A stretch of DNA of 64,000 bases, taken from positions 22,171,455 through 22,235,454 of the forward strand of contig OZ316897.1 of NCBI GenBank assembly GCA_973895155.1, read 5' to 3'. Source of the DNA: Marsupella aquatica. Lineage: Eukaryota > Plantae > Marchantiophyta. Positions 35,389 through 45,808 of the stretch are shown here, piece after piece. The translations under genes were made by a program, and so were the position numbers. The stretch's first letter is position 1; the number at the start of each line of letters is the position of its first letter. The notes below the pieces were generated by a model that searched no databases, was not told the DNA's origin, and saw only the letters and a program-made list of their open reading frames with translations.

Positions 35389-35872
35389 TCACCAGGTGTA
35401 ACCAAAGACATCCACAGTACCAACCCTGCACGACAATTTAAAGATTAGGACTCGGACCATATTGTATTCGGTGCACATGGGTAGGACTTGTTTACTTAAA
35501 TGTGTCCTTACAAAACACGCCTCAATGTGAAGGTCGCAACACTCATCGTGAAAGGTTGACCCAAGGGTCCTTGTTCCAAATCTGACAACATAAGTATGCC
35601 AATTTATGGTACTTGTTGTCAAGAGGACGACAACAATAGTTACAAGAAAACTCCAAAGAATGGAGACACGATGTTAACATCAACCTCGAACGGATTGGAA
35701 CTCCTGCACCATTCATTCCGTAGAACTCAATCCGGAGAGGATTCTGCCTATCTCCGGGATCAGTACCACCCATCCACAACGGTCCTACACCAATGGGGAG
35801 AACTTTACGTTGCACGAGTTTCTTGTACAACCGGCGTGCACGTTTGACACGATTTTGAATTAAGACAGCCAT
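35389..35872 (-). pseudogene. Unknown small gene (ORFs 35543-35872 and 35389-35622, possibly frameshifted)
   Basis: ATG-start ORF co-oriented with the other Y genes; no recognised domain. Confidence 0.3.
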
Positions 35873-36060
35873 TTGTCACTATACCTTTGATCCACCAAGT
35901 CCAATCGACCTTTCGTTGTGCCTCCTAAACCCTGCAGCACTGCGACATCATAGAGGAAGATGAGTCTCCAAACAAAACAGAGGAAGATGAGTCTCACAGG
36001 AGGGTGCGATAACTTTATCGCACCTCGCATTCATCTTGAAGACATGACTCCCTCACACAC

Positions 36061-36393
36061 TCAAGCAATCTTCAATCAATCACAGGAATGGAAACTCCGA
36101 TAAATTTATCGGAGTCTCAAGCAATCTTCAATCAATCACAGGAATGGAAACTCCAATAAATTTATCGGATTCTCAAGCAATCTTCAATCAATCACAAGAA
36201 TGGAAACTCCGATAAATTTATCGGATTCTCAAGCAATCTTCAATCAATCACAGGAATGGAAACTCTGATAAATTTATCGGAGTCTCAAGCAATCTTCAAT
36301 CAATCACAGGAATGGAAACTCCGATAAATTTATCAGAGTCTCAAGCAATCTTCAATCAATGACAGGAATGGATACTTCGATAAATTTATCGGA
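36061..36393. repeat. 56-bp tandem repeat x6, each with the palindrome CCGATAAATTTATCGG or a near variant
   Basis: Units start at 36061, 36117, 36173, 36229, 36285 and 36341. Confidence 0.95.
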
Positions 36394-37635
36394 CCTTGAA
36401 TATAATTTATGGAATGAATGCGCACTGGATCAAAGGAATGCAACAGAGGAATGTAGAATGCGATAAATTTATCGCAATCCTCTCGGATCAGGACATTGAC
36501 ACCAAATGACAAGTCAACCTTACATGGATGATACTCGACTAGAATGGTAGTTCCGATAAATTTATCAGGTTCTCTGGAGAAAGAGTCAAGTCTCTTGGGA
36601 GGAATGCAAGACTTGATAGGAGTTCAGTATTCACTCTGAGTGAGGTGTTGGTCGCTCCGGCGAAAATAAACTTTTTATGGGCAACCCGCTCCTCTTTATA
36701 TAGGGGATGCTCTAACCATGGTAACTTTCCCCCTTAACCATGGTTACTTTCCGCCTTAACCCGGGTTAGTGCGTGGTCGACCCTCGATTACGTGGTTTTG
36801 GACCAAGTTACTCATAGTTCGGACTTTTTCACAGAGCGAATGTAAAACTCAATGCACGTATCGCTCCCTGCATTCCCGCGGCGATGCAATGTAGGCAACT
36901 CATGTTTTTTTGATTTTTTGGCAGTTTTATCGGAGATTGCATTGCCTTAGAAAAAAAATGGAATTGGGCTAAACGAGAAGTGTGTCACACTTCTCGGTCA
37001 GTCCAAAATCGTGTTATTATCTTTCCTAGTAATTTGGTCTCTATCATTTTTACTAGGCTCATTTGACTTCTCTATAGACTGAAATCCAATGAGAACATTG
37101 GCATTTTTCTCTCCTTCAGGTACCTCGCAAATAGATGCATCACTCTCTGTTGAGCTACCATCCTCCATAGATCTCCTCGACGCATTTAGAGGGGCACTAA
37201 AAACGTGACTAAAACTATTCCCTTCTACAGCTCCTTCTAAACATTCAGACACAACTTGTGCTATGATATCGGATTCTCTATCTCCTTCCTGATCTTCGTC
37301 CTCTGATCCACTCGACTCATCTGAAAACACAATTGGACTCCGTGGCTCTCTATACATAACCTGAATGCCACTAAGACCTCTCCTCGACACTTGGAGCCTG
37401 GAACCAATCACAGTCCGCCCTGGAGAACTTGGAGAATCTAGAACTCTCAACGGTGAACTATTCACACGTGCAATCCCAACGACTCCGCAAGCTGCAGGAA
37501 AATTGAGCACTTGTTGACCACGATTCCCACGGACCATTCGGGAAAGGGCCGAGTCTGGACTTTGTAATCCGATTCTGTGACGGGGTCCCTCCACGGTAAG
37601 TCACCATTAGTGTCACGGCGAGAGTTCCCTCACGT

Positions 37636-38907
37636 TTGGGCCCGGAGAGAGCAGCAGTGTTTTTATGTAAGACAGGTCCCTACTTGCTTGTGAAGGGAGT
37701 ACTTCACAAGTACGGCATGGATGGCCGTCTTCGTCGTTGTTTGGAGGAAGCTGAGATACGTATAGTCATGGCAGCATTACATGAGGAAGAAGTTGGTGGC
37801 CACTTTGCACGGGAGACCACCGCAAGGAAAATACTAGATGCTGGATATTGGTGGCCAACTCTCTTTTGAGATGTACACCGGTACATCCAGCGATGTGATC
37901 CGTGCCAGCGTCAAGGCAAACCAGGGCCCTCCTCACGCCACCCATTGGTGCCCATACTTCCTCTTGCACCCTTTGAGAAGTGGGGGGTTGATTTCATTGG
38001 CCCCTTCGCTCCCATCACTAGAAGAGGGGGGAAGCGCTACATCATTCTTGCAACGGACTATGCCACAAAGTGGGTGGAGGCCCGAGCCACTGCCAAGGAT
38101 GATGCCAACACCACGGCACGTTTTTTGTACGAGCAGATTTTTACACGATTTGGTCCCCCATTGGAGCTGGTGAGTGACAGGGGTACTCACTTTCTCAATC
38201 ATACGATTGAACGTCTGACGGAGAACTACCTGATCTCACATAGGAAGACCACTCCGTACCATCCTCGAGCCAATGGGCTCACTGAGAGAGCAAACGGGAT
38301 CATGGGCAAGATTCTTAACAAGACGGTATCAGCTCACAAGACAGATTGGGATTTGAAGTTGTTGGCTGCTACTTACGCCTACAACCTGGCTCACAAGACT
38401 ACCACGGGCCACAGCCCCTATTTCCTTGTGTTTGGACAACACTCTCTTGTGCCGGTGGAATTTGAAGTGCCCACCATTTGGATCCTAACACGGGAAAGGG
38501 AAGGGGAAGAAAGAAGTATAGCTGCACGGATCCAACAGTTGGAGCAACTCACTGAGACACGAGAAGAGGCTTTGACCCGTACAAAGCAGGAGCAAAGCAA
38601 ACGGAAGTCACATTACGATTCCCGTCTCCGTCGTGTGTCCATTGAGGAGGGAGATTTGGTACTCCTCTACGACAGTCGTTTCATGCATTTCCCCGGGAAG
38701 TTGCATACACGTTGGATGGGGCCCTACATAGTAGACGCCGTCTACTCCAACGGCTCAGTTCAACTCAAGACGTTGGAGGGGCAACTACTCAACACATGGA
38801 TCAATCAAGAACGCCTAAAGAAATACTACATGGAGGAAGAGTATGGTGCTCGCGGGGGCGCTTCGCAATTAAGAGAGGAGCTATGTGACGGGGTCCCGCC
38901 ACGGTAA
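37636..38907 (+). pseudogene. pol: Integrase region of pol, copy 3 (TGA at 37867)
   Basis: Nearly identical in protein sequence to copy 2 integrase; zinc finger, DDE and GPY motifs. Confidence 0.93.
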
Positions 38908-41900
38908 GTCACCATTAGTGTCACCAGCAAGACACCTGTAAATGAATAAGCCCATAGACGCGAGTTTTTTTTAATGTTCTTTAAGTTTGTAAAGTTTTTT
39001 AAAGCATCTCGGGATAGTCGGAGACCCCAACAGTTTTGTCTAGACCCGGGTTAATTATGGGGCAAAACCTGGGGGGTATAAAATCGTGACTTTTCGGGAA
39101 GGTAAGGAAGTCCGGGAAATAAGCATTTTTAATTTTTTTGGTAACACCCCTTCTAAAGCAACACTCAGGCAGAGCTGGGGGAGTATGGGGGGTTTAATTA
39201 AACCCCCATTAAATCCTTCCGCGAGTGGGCAGCGAGAGAGCCGGGCCTTAAAGAGTATGAGGGGATCCATAAGGGGCAGCCCTGGAGCTGCCACATGGAA
39301 TCCCCATAAGGGGCACGAAGCCAGCCAAGGCGAAGAAAAAAAAGAACTCCGTGGGGGGAAGCTGCCGCAAGTTAGGGGGGTTTTTTTTAAATCCCTCCCA
39401 AGGAGGGCAGCCGGGCCGTGGCAGAGCCGCGAGTGACCGGGAAGGAGGGCCGCGAGCTCCGCGAGGGCGGGAGCTGCTGCGAGCTGCTGCGAGTAAGGAG
39501 TAGGGGGGTTTTAAAATAAATCCCTCCTAAGGAGGTCCGTGAGCTGCCAAGAGGGCAAGGGCTGCCAGGAGCGCGAGCCCGCACGGATGTGAGCTGCCGC
39601 GCAAGCGGGGGTGTCCACGAGTGAGCCAGGGGGCAAGGAGCCAGCCGGCAGCAGGATTGGGGGATATTAGGGCAGCCGCGTGGCAGGGGGCGAGCGAGCC
39701 CTGCATAGGTCCGTGAGCCACCAGGGAGCTACTAGGTGCGAGGTGCGAGGACGCGAGCTGCGGGAGGAAGAAATTAAAACCCCCTTAAGGGGCTCCGCGA
39801 GTGACTGGGCAGGGGGGCCGCAAGCCCTACATAGGGCCGCGAGCCCGCACGGACGCGAGCTGCGAGGAAGGGGGACTCCCGCGAGTCGGGACAAAGGAGG
39901 GCCCGGGGCGCAAGGCGAAAAGCTGCTCCCAGGAAGGGTTTCGTTGTTTTTTTTTCTCTCCCCTCTTTTCTCCTTTTCACACGACCCTTCTCTTGCCGAA
40001 AGCAAACTCGAGTTTCTCTCTCTTATTGCCGAAAGCTTCCTCCTTATGTTACAATTATTTGAGCTCTCTCTCTAATTCTTCTCAAGGCTCACTCAAGGGG
40101 GATTGCGGGGACTATTCGGGCATTAACGACAGCAACATGGAGTGACGACGGAGGGGATTGAGAGAAATAAATTAATCTGGCTACGGGGGCTGTTTCGGGC
40201 CAGGGAATTGACATTGCTACGGGTGACGGGATTTGGTGGTTGAGGATTTGATTTCGGGATGCATGAATGCTAGATCAACCGGAGTTTAGTGTGGCACGCA
40301 TTCGGAGATACAAGGCTGCTTACCGTGACTACGTGGAGACTTTGATTGCAAGGGAGAGAGAAGAGAGAGAAGCTACGATGAGCACGGGATTGGCAGCAAG
40401 TTCCACACCGGTGGGTAGGAGGATTTTTTGTCGAATTTATCCCAAGACCTCCGCCAAGGTGATGGAGGATTGTCGAAATATTTTCCAAGCCACCGGGGTT
40501 ACAGAATTCATGAAGGTAGAGATTACCATCCCTCCGGGGAAGAGCTGGGACATTGAGGCTGGGATGAAGTTACGAACGGAGGGAATCTACTTTGAATGTC
40601 TCAAACGTGTAGTGCCCCATGTGGAGTTGGCTAGGCTGCTATTTTTGGAGAATCAGAAATTCTCATTCACACCTTGGCACATTAGGGGAGAACTCACGTT
40701 GAAGATGGTGGCCACTTGGGTGATTAATCCCACCTCCACCACTGCCATCCCTCTTTCCGCTGTCAAGGATGTTGAGTATAAGGGATTCCTGGCCAAGGTT
40801 CATCAACGGGTCCTTGGCAACGTGCAATCCGGGGTGGTGAATGAAGAGCATTTTGTGGTAGCTATGGACATCAAGAACCACCCAGCCCATGTGTACGGAT
40901 GGTGGTACTACGGGTTGAAGAAGCTGTTGGCCGCTGATCCCGGGAGTGTGAAACCAGGTGGGGCTGTACATTTGATGGGGTCATTTGTATTGGCTAGGGC
41001 AGAAGGGTTGATTGGTTCCCCGGGACAGGAAGACACAGGATCATCTCTCACCACGGAGATCCGGAGTATTGCCACTACCATTTTAGGGAAGCTCACGGAG
41101 GAATCATCGTCGGCTGGTGGGGATGACGATAGAGGAGAAGAAAACCAGGATGAGGACTACACGTTGGAGTGGCTTGAATCACTCGTGGGAGATCCAAAAA
41201 AGCCCCTGGTCTACAACATTCCGGATGTTTACCTGGTAGAGCTACAGGATTTCAGAGAGGGAGTCCAAGAGGGACTCAAGCTAGTCCACGCATTGAGAGA
41301 TTCTCTCAAGCACGCCACAGCCAGAGTAGAGACGTTAGAGCAGAGTACCCTGTCTCTGAAGGAGGTGATCAAGGCCAAGGAGGGGACCATTCATGAGAAG
41401 GTTAAGCTTCTCCAAGCAGCTCACGTAGAGATCTCCAACTTAAAGGGAGCCTTGTCCACCAAGGCCAAGGAAGCAGAAGAGGTGGGAGCGTTGAGACAAG
41501 CATTGGCCAAAGAGAAGCAGAATTCTGGAGAAGTGGTGGAGTGGAGAAACCAGGTGGGAGCACTACGGAGTCAGGTGGCCGCCTTTGAGACACGAGCAAA
41601 GAGGAGTGAGGCCTTGAGTCTGGGGAAACGGAAGAGCCCCGGCACACCTAGCTCCACACTTTCCCCGGATTTGATCTCCCAGGCTATTGAGATGGTGGTG
41701 AAGGAGGTTAGTGGGAAGTATGGACCCTTGTTGGATGGAGCCAAGAAGAGTCAGGAGAAGAGCAAGGGCTTGGAGAAGAAGCTCCGAGAGGTACGGAAAT
41801 CGTTACGGGAGGCTCAGGTCAGTACGGGGATGCCACCCAGGTCTGTCACCCCCGGGACTCCCATGGCCACAGGGCAAGTTCTACCGTTGGAGTTGCGGTC

Positions 41901-43223
41901 CGGAGAAGAGGCTACCCTATGGAAGGACACCATTGGTGAGGGGTACATCAAGGCGTGGCAAGCCTTGGCCACTTTGAGGAAGCAAGGGAGCGGCAGCACG
42001 GAGAGTACCCCGGTAAAGAAGAAGAAAAGTGAGGTGGCACTCACTCCCGTGAGTGATGAAGAGGAGGCCCACTCACGGGGCACAAGCCAGGGCACCGAGA
42101 GTGAAGAAGAGGAGGAGTAGATAGTCGTACGGATGTGGTTGTACGGCCTCTGGATTTCCAAATTTTTTGGATGGGGTCACTCACGGGCTTGTTGGAAAGA
42201 GCTCGCGGAGCTGATTCCAACAAGAGGCGGCGCTCCTCAAACGGAGCCAGGATGAGCAAGTTATGGCCCGACGAAATTGTGTTTTCGCGATACGGAAACG
42301 ACCATAACTCAGGCGTCCGATGTCCGTTGCGAGTGCGGCTAAGTGATTCGGGATCAGGAGGAGAAGGGATATCCAAGGGTGAGCTCAAAAGTACAATTGA
42401 TAGGGCACCTAGTTTCGGCCATTGTGGGGTGCCTTGCACTTTCAGGGTTCACGGAGTACAGTTGGGGCACCGTCAAAGGCACCGTCGGCCCCTTGTTTAG
42501 GGTTTAGGGTTTTAGCAGCATGTGTGTGCCGCATGCCTTTTTAGTTTAGGGATTTCTTAGTGCAGGGTTTTAGCGGCGCCGCTAGGGTAGCCCCCATCGT
42601 TGTAACCCCATGAGGGGTGCTTTGGTGTGGTTTTTTGGTATTTAGGGGGAGAGCCCCGGAGTAGTGAGGGGGGGAACTCAGTCTAGTGTTTGTTTGAGGG
42701 AAGTTGTCTAGCAGCCCGAAGAGGGAATCCAGCCAGAGTAGTGAGGTGACAGCATAGTATTGTCCTAGGGAGGCAGGAGTTGGGCAGATGGCAGGAGGCC
42801 GGGTGGTCCTTGCAATGTATACGATTGTTCACCAAAAGATATCGATTTGGTTGGATTCCTGAATTTTGGGTGTGGTGTTCTCTCTCTTGTTGCACGGTTG
42901 TGTTCTTCCCCTAGCATGAATGTTTAGAGAAACTCGTATGGTTTGGTCGACCCTGTGAGTGGGAGAGTGGTGACAACACTTTGCCAAAGACTAGGAGGAG
43001 TAGGAATAGGACAGTCCACGGGACTTGATCAAAAGCGGAGTGCATGTATAGTCGATAGACTTGATCAAAAAATACATTTCCGGGAGCGAAAACGAATCTA
43101 CTCATCCTTAGTGAGAAGTTACTCTGTATAGCGTCCCTCCACGTCCCCGTCATACGATACAAACGATTATTAGTAGAAACTCAACGGTATTTGATGTGTT
43201 AATCGTTTGATAAGCAAGTAACA
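38884..43223 (+). repeat. 3' LTR of copy 3 (4340 bp)
   Basis: PPT AAGAGAGGAG at 38871-38880; start matches the 5' LTR stub; CA end followed by the TSD. Confidence 0.93.
40267..42120 (+). CDS. LTR-encoded 617-aa protein (globular N-half, acidic linker, coiled coil, basic NLS-like and acidic tail), function unknown
   Basis: Uninterrupted ATG-TAG ORF entirely within the LTR; both ends conserved in copy 2. Confidence 0.8.
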   Translation: MLDQPEFSVARIRRYKAAYRDYVETLIAREREEREATMSTGLAASSTPVGRRIFCRIYPKTSAKVMEDCRNIFQATGVTEFMKVEITIPPGKSWDIEAGMKLRTEGIYFECLKRVVPHVELARLLFLENQKFSFTPWHIRGELTLKMVATWVINPTSTTAIPLSAVKDVEYKGFLAKVHQRVLGNVQSGVVNEEHFVVAMDIKNHPAHVYGWWYYGLKKLLAADPGSVKPGGAVHLMGSFVLARAEGLIGSPGQEDTGSSLTTEIRSIATTILGKLTEESSSAGGDDDRGEENQDEDYTLEWLESLVGDPKKPLVYNIPDVYLVELQDFREGVQEGLKLVHALRDSLKHATARVETLEQSTLSLKEVIKAKEGTIHEKVKLLQAAHVEISNLKGALSTKAKEAEEVGALRQALAKEKQNSGEVVEWRNQVGALRSQVAAFETRAKRSEALSLGKRKSPGTPSSTLSPDLISQAIEMVVKEVSGKYGPLLDGAKKSQEKSKGLEKKLREVRKSLREAQVSTGMPPRSVTPGTPMATGQVLPLELRSGEEATLWKDTIGEGYIKAWQALATLRKQGSGSTESTPVKKKKSEVALTPVSDEEEAHSRGTSQGTESEEEEE

Positions 43224-44284
43224 GATTCCCTCGCTTGCTTGCACATCCAGTCTAGGCAATGCAAAGACCAATCGCCGTATCGGTCTTTGTATTTCTACCT
43301 CCTGGTCCTCACCTAGAGACTAAAAGATCCGTTGTTGAACGTGTGTTGAATGTGGCGACTTGAATGCTGAGTGCGATACGCGTATCGGTCGCCGGATACC
43401 CTCTCCATAACCCAGGATGGATGGCCTGAAGCGACGTCTTGGACCTAAACTTGGAATTGTAATTTTCTCACTTCTTGGTGATGGAACGCTCAAGAGACGA
43501 CGCTTCTCAGGTTTACTAGACGCCTGACTAGACGACACATAGTAAGAACTGGGCTCAGGACCAGAACTTGCATCAGAATCCGAATCAACGTCAAATTTTT
43601 TTGGCACTATCTGCTGTGAGAGAGGTAGAGCTTTAAGTATGCAACTTGGCAAGCAACGAGCGACAACATTAGGAGAGGATTCAACTGAACTTGAAGGTGA
43701 ATCTGTGTCTGATTGAGACATGGCTATCTGAGACACTATGGGGCTTTGCATTCCTCCCTCAATCAGGGAAAACGAATGGCTCAACGGACAAAATGTTGCT
43801 CCAAGAACACAACTCCCAAAACTCTACTCTGGATAATGACGCCAAAAACTTATCGGCGGTGGCCCTTTTATAGTGTCTGTTGAGGGGTTGGCCCACATGG
43901 CCACTTTTGATTGGCCGTCTCGCTAAACGACAAAATAGCAGAGAAGGGTATATTCACTAGTACATATTTAGCTGATTTCCAATGCTCAATTTTTGCAAAC
44001 AATCGGCGTCCGATTCTTTTAGAATCGGAAATTCCCATTATCACAAAATGGCAATATGCCATACTCTCGGCTTCGGATATCTTCATTTCTGATGTAATTA
44101 ACAACGGAACCTTTCCGATGCGGTAAAAACGGATCATATCCGTTACAAACTACATCGGATCCCCTAACAAAAAATTTGATTGATATGTCCGATGTTTTTT
44201 GAACCGCAAATGATGTGCGTTTCAATATTGATCGGAAAAGTTCCGTAGTTGATAAGAACGGATATTATATTCGATTGTGGTAAA

Positions 44285-44415
44285 ATGGCAAAGTCCGATG
44301 TTGAGAGAATGGGAAAGTCCGATGCTAAGAGAATGGGAAAGTCCGATGCTGGGAGAATGGGAAAGTCCGATGCTAGTAGAATGGGAAAGTCCGATGCTGG
44401 GAGAATGGGAAATTT
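44285..44415 (+). repeat. 24-bp tandem repeat (~5 copies) GGGAAAGTCCGATGCTGGGAGAAT
   Basis: Visible periodicity; translates as a KSDAGRMG repeat. Confidence 0.9.
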
Positions 44416-45679
44416 TCATTTTGGCAAAACGACAAATTCCTATTGTGTTAGATGGGGCATGTAGTTGCACCGACATACTCTTCCTAGAAAAGAGGATACA
44501 ATCATTCTTGCATGTTTGAATGACTTCATACTTGAGGCAAATGGACTTAATTGAATGTTGTTCTTGCCTCCTTCCAAGACCCCAAAATATTGTTCCCTTT
44601 TGGCAATATTTGCTCAACATGCAAAATCAAAAATTTATCATCTTAAAGGAGATTGCTTGTCCCATGTAGTCTTTGCTGCAAGTCCAACAACAACATAGTT
44701 GATGAAAGATGAGACAATCGGGAGCTGCCCTTGACGCCAAGGCTTTGGAAGGACCAAAATATTAATCTTCCATAACTAATAAACTATAATGATCTCATGT
44801 CAAGTCGGATGGAGGAGGGCTTTACTATTCACGAATGACCCCAAATTTCTATTGATTGCTCCAAGGGAATGTAAGAGGGTAATTGTAATTATAGATCACT
44901 CGATGCAAACATGCAATATCATGATAGAGCAAAACTGGGATTTATTAGTCTAATGCCACACTTTTGTGGCATAATCACTACATTGCCACTCTTTTTCTTG
45001 TATTTATCAGTCTACCACTCGTTTGAGTCATCGGTTAAGAAAAGTAACTCAGGTTAACTACCTAAGATCCGATGTTTGAGATTTCTTTTGGTCTTCCCAT
45101 TGGACGGTCGTCGCTTCCCCCACGGTTACATTTTGAACCCTCAGTATAGTTTGCGGAGGGGTGGGTTGGCTAATCCATTTCTCCTCCCCTCCATTTCTCT
45201 GTCACCATAGTTGAGGCGCACTGGCTGCGTCTTTGCTCCACCCTTGCCACTATCGTTGCATCCTCATTTCCCCGGGCCGGGCTGTGTTGTCGTTGACCCT
45301 GGCTGCCTCTAGCTCGGCCAGGGCTGCATTGTTGCATGTTGCCTGTCGGCCTCTCCCGACTCTGCCCAGCTTAGGTCCAAATTATGGGTCTTAATAAATT
45401 TAGAAGTGTATAAAATCCCTAAACACTCCAAGTCAAACAATAAAAGTGTTAAGCTTGCATGTACATTGTGAGGGATAAGAACTAGAAAGTTAAGCTCATG
45501 TTGGAGGAATAGCAATTGGGATGGGTGACCACTTAGTTGAGGAATGAAGAGTTGAAATGTCAAAGGAGGTGGGCACCTCGCTCGTGGTTGCAAAATGAAA
45601 GTAAATATACAAAGGAAGAGATGGGTGACCTGAGCACCCCGCGTTCGCTCCAATGTGTATCCCATTTTCATTGTTTTAA

Positions 45680-45808
45680 ACTTTCCCATTCTCCCAACAT
45701 CGGACTTTTCCATTCTCCCAACATCGGACTTTCCCATTCTCCCAACATCGGACTTTCCCATTCTCTTAGCATTGGACTTTCCCATTCTTTCAGCATCGGA
45801 CTTTTCGA
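45680..45808 (-). repeat. Inverted copy of the same 24-bp tandem array (~5 copies)
   Basis: CTTTCCCATTCTCCCAACATCGGA units are the reverse complement of the 44285-44415 units. Confidence 0.9.

Larger units (their letters stand above)
37576..43223 (+). mobile_element. Ty3/gypsy copy 3, internally deleted (5' LTR stub, integrase region, full 3' LTR)
   Basis: TGTGACGGGGTCCCnCCACGGTAAGTCACCATTAGTGTCAC at both 37576 and 38884; ends ...AGTAACA; 5-bp TSD GATTC (37571-37575, 43224-43228). Confidence 0.95.
36998..43784 (-). pseudogene. Ser/Arg-rich low-complexity gene (~380 codons) split by gypsy copy 3
   Basis: Removing 37576-43223 plus one GATTC joins ...PRLDVQASEG-IGLQSPDS... in frame, leaving one internal TAG at 43320. 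Confidence 0.6.

Noticed and set aside
36061-36393. Regularly spaced palindromic repeats resembling a CRISPR array (also 18943-19176)
   Set aside because: The sequences between palindromes are near-identical, not unique spacers; no cas genes; eukaryotic context
42496-42512. TTTAGGG repeats as a telomere remnant (also ~26245 and ~58660)
   Set aside because: Only 2-3 units, two of the sites inside LTRs; consistent with ordinary telo-box motifs
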